A model generated the notes under the pieces. That model made no database searches and was not told the origin of the DNA. It worked only from the letters and a program-made list of their open reading frames with translations. A stretch of DNA of 53,856 nucleotides, the filler included, from Streblomastix strix (Eukaryota): the NCBI GenBank assembly GCA_008636045.1. It is 3 parts of 3 records of this genome, joined end to end, with 100 filler letters (N's around TTAATTAATTAA, not from the genome) between each part and the next. Parts side by side here need not be neighbours in the genome. Positions count along the whole stretch, not along the records: positions 18,000 to 35,892 come from SNRW01000662.1; positions 35,993 to 53,856 come from SNRW01000663.1; 1 more part is not named here. One strand, given 5' to 3'. A program made the translations under genes and the position numbers. The first letter of the stretch is position 1. The number at the start of each line of letters is the position of its first letter. Of this stretch, positions 24,376 to 37,399 are shown piece by piece.

Positions 24376-25237
24376 TTTAAACTGAATCTTTTTTAATAAA
24401 AATAATATGAAATAAGAAATAAGATTATTAAAAGAGTAAAACAAATAAAAGTATATAATTAAAAAGTGTATGAAATAAATTATTTCAAATAAAATTATAA
24501 TAAATATCATAAAATATTATGATAATTCAATATTCTAAAAATATTTCATTTATTTTGAGAGAGAAATAGGAAGTTCTTTATTTAAATTTGTTCGACGGTG
24601 TGTTAACAACGAAAACTCAATAGTATATGCTAAATGAGTCATAATTTGGTTATTACCATTCATCTCGAATGTTACTTATACCTGAGAGAAAAATTTACAA
24701 TTTTTCTTGACAAATTAAGGGATATTAAAAAAAGTATTTCTCCAATTCATGTCTGTGAAATTCTTAGTTCGTTATAAATATTCAATGATAATTTAATTTA
24801 CACTTATTTATTAAGTTAATATTTGTAATTTTATTATTATATTCTTTAATTTTTTACATTTTCGTTTATTGCTATGTATTATGTGTCTTAATTGTGAGAA
24901 AACATAAATTCGGATATATTTATTTATTTATTCTTTATTTATCCAAAATATTTAAAAATACAACTACTTCCAACCAATTTAAAATGATTTTTAATTTTTA
25001 TTCAAAATTAAATTGCTTTTTATTCTAGAATAAATTGAATTATTTTATTGTTATAGTATTAATTCAACCCATTTATGTATTTTATATTCATTATTTTTAA
25101 CATGAACTACAACATTCAATTTTGTTAAACAGAACCCAATCACTTAACACTAAATTCAATTTTCCATTCTTCTTTCATTACATTAATTCATTTGCATTTT
25201 TTGTTATATTTTTTATTAATTGTCCAGTATCAATACA

Positions 25238-25966
25238 ATGACATATTATATTAGAGTTCTTTATAATATAATTGAAGGATACTTGCACAACAAACAAAAT
25301 CAGAATATTAATGAGACTCGGTGGTTCTCTCGTGCAGGATTGAGTGATATCGACATGTTTATGCACATGAATAATGCATCATACTTCCGTGTAGCTGAAT
25401 ATGCAAGATGGGCATGGACATATGAAAGTGTGTTAGGTAAGATAATGAAAGAAAGAAATGTTTATCCATTAGTAACACTTGTATCTGCAAGGTTTATTAA
25501 TTAATTTTACATTATTTATATATGTTATGTATATTATTAACATATTCAATACATTTTATTAATAATTATAACTTTTCAATCAAGATACCGACGTCCAATC
25601 CGTCTTTGGCAAAAATATGAAATCCGGTCAAGAATGATTGACATCAACGACAAAGCAATGCACATACAGCAGAACTTCTATGTTGGAAAGTCCAATTCAT
25701 TTGCAGCAAGCATCCTTCTCAAAGTGCCACTCCTCAGAAAGTCTGACAACACAACAATCAATGTTCGCGAGATTTATTCAGAATATTTTGACGATTAAAG
25801 TTAAATTCCAACGGCTTAACCTGGAACAGCAGATTACGAAGCATTGCAGACATTTTTCAGCCTTGAGAGCTTCTTGCTTGGAAAAGCCGGATCATAATAG
25901 AATGATAAAGCTGAACAATCAAGTTCAAATGGTAATACTAAAAATGAAGATTCAAAGATTAAGTGA
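25238..25966 (+). CDS. Hotdog-fold thioesterase (THEM6/4HBT-like); intron 25492-25584
   Basis: SDIDMFMHMNNASYFRVAEYARW and RYRRPIRLWQKYEIRSR motifs; TGA at 25964-25966. Confidence 0.9.
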
Positions 25967-26205
25967 AAATTTTATAACTTATTTTATATATTTATTTGTA
26001 GTTACTTTTTTACTCATATTTTTCCCGTAAATATTAATTAATAAAGTGAATAATAAAAATATTAAATATTATAGAATAAGTTTACTTTTAGATAACCAAT
26101 TTAGTGAGCAAATCCAATCAAAATCGTTAATTTTGCATTAATGCTCTAGTATTTATTTATTGAGAAACTATCAATTAATATGCAAATACAAAAAGGTCAA
26201 ATACA

Positions 26206-28377
26206 TCAATACCACCTTGGTTTAGGATTACTCCCATCAATGAAGAATTTTGACAAATCGCCCTTGACTTCAATAGCATTAAATTTGATATAATCATTGC
26301 CATCTTTTCCTTAATTGGTTAAGTGAGCTTCTATTTCTTCAAAGCCTCCTTATTCTTCTATTTGTTCAATGCAATTTTTTGCGAGTATTGGTTGAGATGG
26401 AAACGATGGTCTTGGAGTTCTTTTGCTAATTTTTCTTCCATTATACAGATTAAAAATGAAATTATCGATCTTGATTAAGGAAATTAAGATATCAAAATTA
26501 TTTCCCTCTGCAAATCCTCCAGCAGTACTAAATACCATTGTCAATGAATATGCAAAACCTTAAGTTGAAAGTTGCATGTAAACTTTTTCATCTCCAAAGT
26601 TTTGAATAGGAAACAGAGAATATAGACTTATTTTTCTTATCCCAAACATTTAGCTGTCTTCATCCTTAATGAAATGAGAAGTGAGATTGGATTAACTAAG
26701 TTATATCAGTGAAGTGAAGAGGTCGGGAATGAATTAAGGAGATTCGACCGAAACTATTTGTTATTAATTTTCATTATTTTTCTTATTAAGCTGATATTTG
26801 TTATTGAATTCAATGATTAGTGGAGAAAGATGAAGTAGGATTATATGATTATTTATTAGTTAATCTTTAAAGTCTTAATTATTCAATGAAAAATTTGCAA
26901 GCAAAATGAAAACTGCAACTTTCAAATCTTGAATTCCTCCTGAATTTGGAACAGAGATACGAAGCGAACAATGAAGTTCATCTACGCAATTGATATGCAC
27001 AAAAGGAGTTATTTTTTCTTTCATAAGCAATGCTAACTTGCTTGAATTTTTAAATCCTCCATTATTTTTGCAATATTATCTGAATTATTCAAATGCTCGA
27101 ATTTCAGAGGTTGTTCTTATTAAGTCTTTATCTAATTCTTAATTATTTATTTATCTCCCTTATTTTATTTCCATATCTATGTTCCTGAGTCTAGTTAAAG
27201 TATATTATATATTCTGATCTAATCCATTCATAATTGATTCAATAATTTCTATATCAATTTATTAATTTTTCATTATCTTTAAATATATTTATGTTAGTTA
27301 TTCAATAATATCTGAATTTGTTGTTTCATTGTTATCTATTTCTCTTAAGGAGAATGTCTAAATAATCAGATTTTGCATTTTATTAAGAAGACCAGAACAA
27401 AGAATGTTGTTGAAGAACAAATTCGAGTTTTATTACTAATAACCTTAAGAAGCAATAAAATCAATGATGCCCAAAAGTGCATTTTCAACATTAGTATTGC
27501 ATTTGTTAATAATTGAATTAATATAATTAAATTCATCAATAATAAATATATTTCTTAATTCATCCTATTCTTTCTTTTTCAATTCATCTAATTTTTCTTT
27601 TAATTTTATTTCTTTCTATTCATCATTTATTGTTTTTGATTCAATAATGGAATGAATATCTTAGATTATTTAATGCAAATGATTTTAATTATATTGTGGG
27701 ATTTCTATTTTTTAATAATGAAAATGAATACATTAAGTAAGACTTTAAATGAATGAAATATAAAATTGTAAATTAATTCTATTATTAAATATTTTGACAA
27801 AGAAGAATAATAGTTATAATATCATTAATATATTTTAATAAAGTACCTTTTTGAATCATTCCTTATTTCACAATTATAAGATTAGTTTATGGTATAATTT
27901 GTTCAACTTTTGAATTCAAATTAACTTTTTCATTTTCTTAATCGTTATTATTTTATTAAGAAATTAATGGTAATTTATTATATTATTTATTCAATGGTTT
28001 TTAATTAATAGGATTTAATGAAGTATGAATCATTTTCCCCTTTGAATAGTTTTGATTTTATTTCATTTTTGATTCTTTTGGAATCTCAACTCGTATTTAT
28101 CGGCCTTCTAATATGTGTCCGTTGAACTGTAACTGTGCTCTCTGAGCTTATTCTACATCAGCCATCTCAATAAATCCGTATCCAAGCGACTTCCCATTTT
28201 TAGATAATATTTTCACGTTATCTCTGCATGAATAATAATTTTTAAATATATTTATAAAATAATCATTAAAATAATTTATGCATACACTGCTCCAACTGTC
28301 TCAAACAAATGTCCAATAGTTTCTGCAGTTGTTTCAAAATTTAGATTACCTACAAATAATCTATTTGAGATTGCCAT
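26206..28377 (-). CDS. N-terminal RRM protein fused to the expanded helical family domain; 2 introns
   Basis: RNP2 RLFVGNL, RNP1 KSLGYGFIEM. C-terminus FSTAGGFAEG...SFPSQPILAKNCIEQIEEQGGFEEIEA...PRWY then TGA. Confidence 0.85.
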
Positions 28378-28972
28378 CTAAATATATACGGAAAAATATA
28401 AAGGAAAATTAAATACTTACAATATTAATATATCTATAATTGGTAATCCAAATCAAATCATATATGGTTGGCTGGGTGGGTCAACTAGAGTTTTGATCTA
28501 TTGTTTCAAACAAATGATTAATTTGAATTATGAGTATATTTGTAAATATTTAGTTAAAGTGGAAATAGATTCAATCATATATTATTTTTGGAATTATTAT
28601 AAACTTGTATTTCATGAAAAAAAGGTAAATAATAAAAATAATTGAATTTGAAGCAATAAATTATATAAAAATTAATTAATTCAATTTGAATATTTTAGTA
28701 AACTTAAAGTTGTATAAAAAATTCAATAAAAATAAGCGCGCTAATGGAAATAATGCTTGTAATAAAAATTTTACCCAATATGCCCTAAATAGCAAATTTT
28801 ATCTTTGTATTATTAAAATTTGAATGTAAAAAACTATATAAAAATAATAAAATTGTATTAAAATACTCACTCGTTCTACTAATGTTGACCCGACCCAAAT
28901 ATTCAAATGCCCGCTCGAACTACTTGCATTAAGTCAGTAAATTTTGAATTTCATCTTGAATTGGAATTTTAC

Positions 28973-29954
28973 TAGTGTTGGACAAAAGCGCATTTAAGAG
29001 CGCTAAACGCGCGCTGCGCAAAATTAAAAGCGCTCTAATTAAAATTTTCTAATCAATAAATAGTTAAAAAAAAAGAAATTTTTTTCTTTGACTAAATAAT
29101 TATTTTATTATTTGAGTTAATAATACTTATCAATTAGACAAATTATATATTTTATTCTTAAACAGCGTCGTTATTATTCTTTATTAGTCTGAATTGTTCG
29201 TGTTTTAAAAAAAAGTTGATTTTTCGCGCCTAATTTACTCCGCTCCTACAAATGTATTTAGTGTCATTATTGATATAAATAATAGATATTATCTCATTAA
29301 TTGATAAATCGTTATCAAATTTAAAAAATGTTTAATTTTCATCGAGAATTTAATGCCCAGCGCTTTACTGCGTTTTTAACAGCATTTTTAAGCATTTTTT
29401 TCAGCACTTTTAAGCGCTTTTTAGATTTTTCAGTATTAAAGGGAGTATTTAATTTTGTATATGTAAATATTTAAAAATTTTGCGTATATTAAATAAAATT
29501 GTAGGTGTGATATATTGTAATCCTTTGGATGTTGAATAAAAATTGATATAAATTGTAATTTTTTTAAAAAAGGTGCGTTTGTGCTATTTTTTCTTGGATA
29601 AAATGTATCAAATATTAATTTATGTTTTGTTTAATTAGATATAACTTTCATAGCACAATTACTGAAATTATTTACAATAATTATTGACAGTCGCTGAGAA
29701 TCAAATGAAAATTGCAAAAAATAACTTTTAATGAATTCTATATAAGCTTAGCTTTGATTTTAATCAATATTCAATTTAATTCTTCAGAAAATACATTTCT
29801 TTAAATAAACGTTATAATTCATGATAATTAATACCATACATCTCAAAAATAATAATAAAAAATTAATTTCAAGAATTTAAGGCGTTTTAAGATTTTTTTT
29901 AATACGCTGAGACGCGCGTAGCAGATTAATTAACAGCATTTTAAGCCAACACTA
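28973..29954. mobile_element. Non-autonomous hAT-type DNA transposon (982 bp)
   Basis: Termini TAGTGTTGG...CCAACACTA. Perfect 8-bp TSD AATTTTAC at 28965-28972 and 29955-29962. Internal AAGCGC/AAGCAT-type short repeats; no evident coding sequence. Confidence 0.9.
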
Positions 29955-30119
29955 AATTTTACTAAGTATTTATTCATATATTCATTAGTTCAAAAATTGG
30001 GCAATGATTTAACAACTAGATATTGTAATAAATATTGAGTAAATAATTAAAATAAATTCTTATTAAAAGAAATTAGTTGGTAATTTTGCAGATGTGAATT
30101 AATTTTTTTTCAATTTCTT

Positions 30120-30920
30120 CCCATTTTGCTACGGAATGGATCAAAAAGACTCGCATTGTATTCATATTCGTGCATAAGTTCTTGTATCTGAATTTGCATT
30201 AGTTTTTTTTCAATTTTTTACTTTTATAGTGCAAAAGTTATTCATTAATATAGTTGTTTCTTCATTTAATCCTAAAAGATGCCAAAGTTCAGGTTGCCCT
30301 TCGGCTCTTGTATTGTAACAACGTCTACATTATTTCTGAGACCTGATATTTGCACATTTGCATCTAATTTCACTCGTTTTACAATAACAAAAGGAGGTAT
30401 AATATCACCGCACTATGCTATACTTGGCATAGCGGTGGGAAGAATTCGCCAATCACGATAATTGCGCACGTCAATTTCTCAGCTACGAGATTGATAAGAT
30501 CATCATGATAACTATAGCATTATTATCGATTTACTTCCACTCTTCCTTTTTTCGTATATTACATCCATAATGTTTGTAATAAATGGAGTAAACATAAAAA
30601 AAATTACTTATTTAAAAATTATTCAATCGATTAAGTAATCATTATTCTTTCATCAGGATTGGTGAACTTCCTTCAATTATATTCCTTGCGGAAATCTTTT
30701 CCTTTTCAGCAAATCAGTAAACAAATATTGGGATTTCTTTAGAATGAGTAGTTCTTCCTACAAGAGATACGAAAAAGAAATATCATTGCAAGGACTAATC
30801 TCGTCGAATAAAGCCCAGACATGCACCTTTAAAGAAAGCACAGATTTAGCTCTCAATCTCATTAGAGTTCACTGCTTCGCAATATATTTCAGCAGTTTGA
30901 GAATCAGAATATTTCATAAA
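30120..30920 (-). pseudogene. Decayed pogo/Tigger-like (DDE_1) transposase
   Basis: TAMPSIAQCGDIIPPFVIVKR...GLRNNVDVVTIQEPKGNLNFGIF. Several TGA codons and frameshifts; boundaries approximate. Confidence 0.6.
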
Positions 30921-31249
30921 TACCTTCAAAAATATCTTACAATAACTAATTCAAATGAAACGTTGAGGAATACAGATCCATTTTCGTTGAACACATATAA
31001 TAATTCAATAAGAAATTTAAAGCATTGCTAACATAATTATTATTTGTTTTCGTAACAATTTCCGTCAATGAAATATTAATATAATTTTAATAGATTTGAT
31101 TATTTTTAATAAAAAAAATAATAAAATTCGTAACTCTTGATACTTACAATTGATAAATTTGAACGAAATTTAATCTAATCCATTTTAGAATAATGACTAT
31201 TTACAGAAAAATTTAATTAGAACGAATAAGTTCCCAAAATTCTTTAAAT

Positions 31250-32064
31250 GGGAGTGTCCATTCAGTAGGATCACTTCTTATTTTTTTGTTTAAAAATATT
31301 TAAAATAATTTTTCGAACAATAGCTGGAGTTGCAAATTTTTCGATTTGACTCTGCTATAAAAACGAGCAAAAAATATAATTTTATTTTTTTGTCATCATA
31401 GAGGTAATATTTTTATTTAATTTTTATTAAAAATATATTTTAAAATTTTTCAGATACATTGATGCACAATTACGGCATCTTAAGCGGCATACGTTCGTAA
31501 AACCAGAAAATTTTTATTTTTTCGTTTTTTTATTCAACCCACCATATTAAATTCATCAATTATTGTAATTTAATATAATAAACATTAAAATACTTATATT
31601 ATAATTATTCAATTGAATTTATCTCAAAAATCGAACACGTATTATATAAAAAAAATTTAAATCGAAATTTCGCAAATAAGCATAGCTATAATTATAATTT
31701 TTATTAGTTAAATTTTTAAAAAATAAATATAAATAAAGTATTTTACAAAAAAAATAGTAATTAAGCATGAAATGAGCAGAAAAAACGAAAAATTTAAAAA
31801 AAACCCCGGTTTTCACGAACGCATGCCGCTAAAGACGTCGTAATCGTGCATCAATTTATCTGAAAAATTTTTAAAAAATATTTTTAATAAAAATTAAATA
31901 ATAATATTACCTCTATGAAGACAAAAAAATAAAATTATATTTTTTCCTTAATTTTCCAGAGGATGCAAATCTAAATGTCTGCAACTCCAATTTTTGATAA
32001 TAAATTTATTTTAAATTTTTTAAAATTAAAAAAAGGTGTAGGTTGTTTGTGAATGGAAACACTC
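31250..32064. mobile_element. Palindromic MITE-like element with about 280-bp imperfect inverted arms
   Basis: catagaggtaatat...cagatacattgatgcac...agcggcatacgttcgt in the left arm is mirrored by acgaacgcatgccgct...gtgcatcaatttatctg...atattacctctatg. Ends gagtgtccattca / tgaatggaaacactc. Confidence 0.85.
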
Positions 32065-32335
32065 AAATATGAATAGTTTTAATACCTAAATTTAAATTAT
32101 TACTCTTATGATTATAGTCACTCCATTTCAAATTAAATTTTTTGTTCGAATCTTCGAATAATAATAAATTCTTTTCAAATTAACTATAAAATTTAGAATT
32201 CAATTAAGTTATTAATTTAAAATAAATAATATTTTATTTAAAAAAATTAATTTCTTTAATATTTATTATTTTTTCAAAATTTAAAAATATATATTTCTTA
32301 AATTTCAAAAATTAATATTATTTAATTATGTAACT

Positions 32336-33760
32336 TCAAACAAGCTCTTATAAGAATTATAAAATTTTTTTTACACTAAATTTTTATTATTGAAAGTATT
32401 TGTAAAATAATTGATCATTTATTGGAATTTTTATAAGATTGTTTTTCTTTGGAGCGACTTAACATATGGCGCTGTGCATTATTTGTTTCTCCATTATAAC
32501 ATTGTTCACAAAAGTTTAATTACAGTTCTCCACTTTGCATTATACTCTTGGCAGTGGAGAGCAGGAATGCTTCTATGTCCAGTGTACCATCAAATGATAA
32601 GTACTGCTGAATGTTTTCAAACATTTATTATCTTTACATTTCACTCTTGGAGGTGGAGAACTTGAATTTTTCTAATTCTAGGTTTGAATCATTTGGAGAT
32701 GCTCAAGCTTGAATTTACTAAGGCTCAAAATATAAAAAAAAAAATATTAATAATTTTATATAAGAATTTTTTTCTGTGTTTTTTAATTTAAAATCAATTA
32801 AAATTGTATTTAATTAAAATAATATATATATTTAAAACTTGAATCTGGTTTTCCTTTATATTTTTACAATATTTTAGCATAATTTATATAAATTTCAACA
32901 TATAATCAATCCAGGCTTTTGTTGGAGAGAAATCTCGTAGATGATTAAAAACTGAAATAAAGTTAGTTTTTGTTATTTTGATTGTTTCTTTATTACTATT
33001 TAAAATAAAATAAATTTAAGTTAAATTTATATAAAGAAGATGATATTTTATTGAAAAATTTTCTGAAAAATGACTTAATTTCTTCAAATTCTTTGAATAT
33101 GATTATTTTGATTGTCCGAATTCAAATAATTCTAACAAAGATTCATTTATTTTGGACCACAGCTACTCTCGATCAAGTTATGTTTTCCTTTGGAATTTTC
33201 TAGTAATAATAAATATTTTCCAAAGCATTTATAAAATTTAAAATCTAAACAATAAATTATTTTACAACATTAAATTTTTTTATTATTAAAAATAATTAAT
33301 TTCGAAATTATTTGTTGTCTATTTGAAATTTAGAAAAAAATATTTTTAAATTTTATTAATTAATATTTTTTTATATTATCATGCAACTTACTTATGTATC
33401 TAAGAAATTTTGTAGTGAAAACTTTCTTATGCAGTTAATATTCTTTTTTTGGATAGTTTCTATAATTATCTAGATCTTTCACATAAAGGGCAAAGATCTG
33501 TACCTCTTGATTATCAGATAAAAATTCCTTTATAAGAGTAAAGAACTATGAATAACTTATGATTTTTTCTAGAATTTCCTCTTAATTTAACTAATAATTG
33601 TTTTTTTAAATTTCCTGAATGTGTCTTCTAATTGTAATTGTCAACCTTGTGAAAAATATTTTCTAAATGATGATTAAATGAGTCTTCATATTGTTATGGA
33701 TCAACGTCTTCCTCTTTGAAACTTTTCATAATTTCTAGCTGAGTTCATTTTTAAAATTTA
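32336..33760 (-). pseudogene. C2H2 zinc-finger gene, multi-exon and probably decayed; upstream CxxC motif
   Basis: CKDNKCLKTFSSTYHLMVHWTQKH at 32567-32638, then a degenerate second finger (CKVENCNQTF). GTDLCPLCE near 33480-33505. Exon structure unresolved. Confidence 0.5.
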
Positions 33761-34229
33761 AAATATTAAATAGAAAGCTGTATAAATGAGATTTAATTTC
33801 AATTATTTTTTTTTTATGAATGAAAAATTTTTCTGAATGTTCTGTCATAAATTAAAAATTATCAAATTAACTATACTTTTTTTCAATTTCAAAAAAGAAA
33901 TTGTTCTTATTTGCAGATCTTATCCAGGCTTAATTTTGCATATGCTTCTTAATAAATATATTCCTATCTTCTTATGTTTATGCTTTGGGTGCGATTGTAA
34001 TAGCTTTTATATATTAGTCTAAAATTCATTTTGTCACTACTAAACAAATTTATCCAATAATAATTAACACCAAATTCAACATATAATGATATCTTACGAA
34101 ATATTTCATTAAAATATTCATCAGGGAATATTTACTAAAAGTTTAATATCAAAATTTATAATCACAACCATGAATTTATTTCTTTTTGCGGAAAATTAAT
34201 TATTTCGAACTTATTTAGTTTAATACAAA

Positions 34230-34850
34230 TATCGTTATAATTAATGGCATCATTTGGACTATCAATACGACCTATAAAAGCAATTCAAAACCTAAAAAGT
34301 TTGATTTTATTTAGAATTATACTAACTCAATATTTCAATTTGTTTTCCTCATTAAATCACATACATTCTTTCGGCAATTTCAACAATCCAAAAATAAGTC
34401 ACTAAAGCTAGATCCGGCGAACACGTGTGTTGACATGGTAAATCCAAATTATTTCTGTACATCGCTTATATCGTTATTAGGTCTATAAATGGAGTCATCT
34501 AAGAGTTTAGTGGGTTATTGCCTCTAAAGTCATAATTTAGCCTGTTTTAGTCCAATGAATAAGTTCAATCTTATAAACTTACAAAAAAATTGTAAGGATA
34601 AGCTGCTTATCAGATTACATTCGATGTGGTCATTTAGGAGGTCTAATAACAGCGTAAATCCAATATTTTTAAGGAATATTAATATAATAAACGTATGACT
34701 CATCACTAGAAAATGTTACGTTAAATCTTTTTCATTTCATTTTGTTCAAAAATGAGCTAGATATTGGTACATGTTTAACCTTTATTACTTTTTCTCTGAG
34801 TTGATTTTAATGGAGTTCATCTAATTTCAATTCATTTTAACGACATTTCA
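34230..34850 (-). pseudogene. Decayed mariner (DD34D) transposase
   Basis: RFNVTFSSDESYVYY (TGDESW-like), IWIYHVNTRV (HxDNARxH-like), SPDLA..SD..FGLLK (YSPDLAPSDF). Multiple TGA codons and an internal deletion. Confidence 0.75.
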
Positions 34851-35892
34851 TTTGAAATGATTTCAGAAACGGGTTTTTTTGGTCAATTTTGAATAATTCT
34901 ACGATTTTTTTAATGATACATATTAATCAACAACACGTATTTTCGTTTTAAAATAAATCAGATTAAAAAAATTTCTATTTGTCCTATTTTTATTAATTAA
35001 TTAAATTTAAATTTGAAATAAATTTATGAGTATTTTCGTTTTTAAGATAAATTCATAATTATTATGATTAAAAAAAGTATATGTTAAAATCTTTAATACA
35101 ATTTGAAATATTTTCATTTTATTAAATATTCTTATTAATTTGAATTTTAAAAATAATAATTATAATTCAAAACGTTATAGAAAGATTTGATTATCTATTA
35201 AATATATAACAAATAGATAAAACAAAGTTAAGAAAAAAATAGAAATTTGTAATGAAATGTAAATTTAAACTAATTTTTAGAAACAAATATGAGGAATTAT
35301 TTCGAATTCAATTCTTTGAATATATAATTGAAAATTAGGCCAAGCCTTAACTAAACATAAGCTACATAAATAAACGTAAAATGATTCAAATTCTGATACA
35401 TATATCAAAAACTTAAAAAAAAATTATAAATTTAATAAATTTAAAAAAATTCATTTCAATAATTATTATTTAAATAAACATTAATTTAGAATTATATTAA
35501 ATATAATTTGATTAATTTCATCAAATGTTGGACTTGTTTTAAATGGATTAAATAATTTTGAATTCGTAAACAACGATATAAGTAAAAAATAATTTTTTCT
35601 TGAAAAGGACAATTAATAAATAATTGAAATAATTAAATTTAATTGTTTGTTTGTAAGCGAAATACCAGTGCTGTTAATTTTCGACAAAAACTATTAAAAT
35701 TCGCACGAAATCGACAATAAAATTAAAAGTAATGTCGAAATCTCAATTATATATCTAAATATGCAGCAACTTCAATATATGATGCTCCATCGGTCCAACT
35801 ATGTGTTACAATTTGTTTCGCTTGTAAATCTAACCATAATGCAATTATTATTTGGTTTGATGTTGTTAGATTAGCATTTAAAGGAAGAGCTG

Positions 35893-35992
35893 NNNNNNNN
35901 NNNNNNNNNNNNNNNNNNNNNNNNNNNNNNNNNNNNTTAATTAATTAANNNNNNNNNNNNNNNNNNNNNNNNNNNNNNNNNNNNNNNNNNNN
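35893..35992. other. Artificial contig-joining linker N44-TTAATTAATTAA-N44
   Basis: Same structure as 17900-17999. Confidence 0.97.
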
Positions 35993-36434
35993 TCAGTATT
36001 TCCTGCTTTGAATCTGATGTAAGTTAATTTATTAGATGTTTCTCAACAACTGTATCATAAGCTGCTTTTGCCTCAATTAGGTCATTAAGTACACCATCAA
36101 TCTCACCATAAGTGACAATGTTTGTTGGAATATTGATTAGTATACTCATCTTCTTATATGTTTAATCATTATTGCTATCAGTAACATATAAAAATAATGT
36201 ATAATATTTCTTAACCTAACTCAATTTGATTAATTCTTTGAATACATTATATGACTTACCACAACCTCTCTATTTTTTAAGTAAGTTAATAGAATTATAT
36301 GTAAAGATAATTTCCTTGTGAACTGTGCTTTATACCTCATGTTTATTAGTGACTTAATTCTCTAGTAATTCGTTTACATATTGCGTTAGTGAATGATATG
36401 ACATTTATTTACTGTTGAAACTAATGATTGACAT
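35993..36434 (-). CDS. Putative A32/FtsK-type packaging ATPase of a Polinton/Maverick-like element (3' end truncated)
   Basis: Intronless TAR=Gln frame: IIFTYNSINLLKKQRGCGKSYNVFKELIKLSQ...YTLFLYVTDSNNDQT. P-loop follows a hydrophobic strand; first Walker A Gly appears substituted. Confidence 0.65.
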
Positions 36435-36465
36435 GTAGTTGATATTTATTTTTTGCTTAAACTAA

Positions 36466-36972
36466 ATGTAAAAATCATCTTAAACAGGATAATAATGTTT
36501 ATATTCATAGCCAACTGTAGCAGAAAAATTAGGATATCGTTCACGTACCAAACCAAGAAACTCCGATACAGATTACTATGGAAATACAGAATTAGTACTT
36601 CCAAATCAAACATACGAGAAGAAAATAAGGCCTTAATTAACATTAAATTAACAGATGAAAGATAATAAAGATTATTAAAAGGTTAGAAAATAATCTTTAG
36701 CTAAGAGAAATGAACTTTTAGTACAATCAAAGTAGTAATCTTATGCTCCTCTAATGGATTTGATTGGTAGGAATAAAGATATTCAATTCAAGAAGATGTG
36801 GTCAAATGAACATTCATTTGAAGAGATGGAGAAGAGTAGAATAAATCTTAGATAAAAGAAATGGGTTGGATCTAGTGAAGGTATTAATGGTGATAAATTT
36901 CCAGAGTTTGTTGTTCGTGATGATAGAGGATTTATTCAATCGGCTGATGGGCTTAGAATTTAGTTTATTTGA
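36466..36972 (+). CDS. Intronless hypothetical protein (168 aa) divergent from the ATPase; probably the same viral element
   Basis: Open TAR=Gln frame from ATG 36466 to TGA 36970-36972, 31 bp from the upstream ATPase ATG. C-terminal INGDKFPEFVVRDDRGFIQSADGLRI. Confidence 0.6.
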
Positions 36973-37399
36973 CGAAATTAATGGTGATTAATAGTTATGT
37001 AATTGATTATTAACTTCATTTTTGGAGTCTAAGTGTGTGATATGATCTTAAGTTAGTGTATTAGAGATATATGAAAAATTGAGAAAATTGAAGAGTTTTC
37101 AATAATTTATTAAAAAAATTTTTAATTTAATTTTAAAGTATATAAAAAAATGAAATATTTAATAAAAAAATAAATATATTTTTTAATAAATTTATTTTAT
37201 TAATTAAATGTTATAATTTTGTATTTATTTAATTTTAATTGTAAAATATTCTTTAAAATTTTTTAACTTAAATAATATTAAAATATAGTTAGCAAAATTG
37301 ATTTAAATATTAAATAAAAATAAAAAAATTATCTGCAAAAATGAATTTGAATAAGCATTTGAAAGCGAATATAATTTTCCTTAATAAATTTTTTAAAAA

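Noticed and set aside
28473..28896. Short inverted pair GGTGGGTCAAC / GTTGACCCGACC
   Set aside because: Too short and no TSD found; cannot support an element call.
17900..35992. Palindromic TTAATTAATTAA inside gaps, and gene neighbourhoods across them
   Set aside because: Artificial linkers; segment sizes 17899, 17893 and 17864 suggest length-sorted, unrelated contigs.
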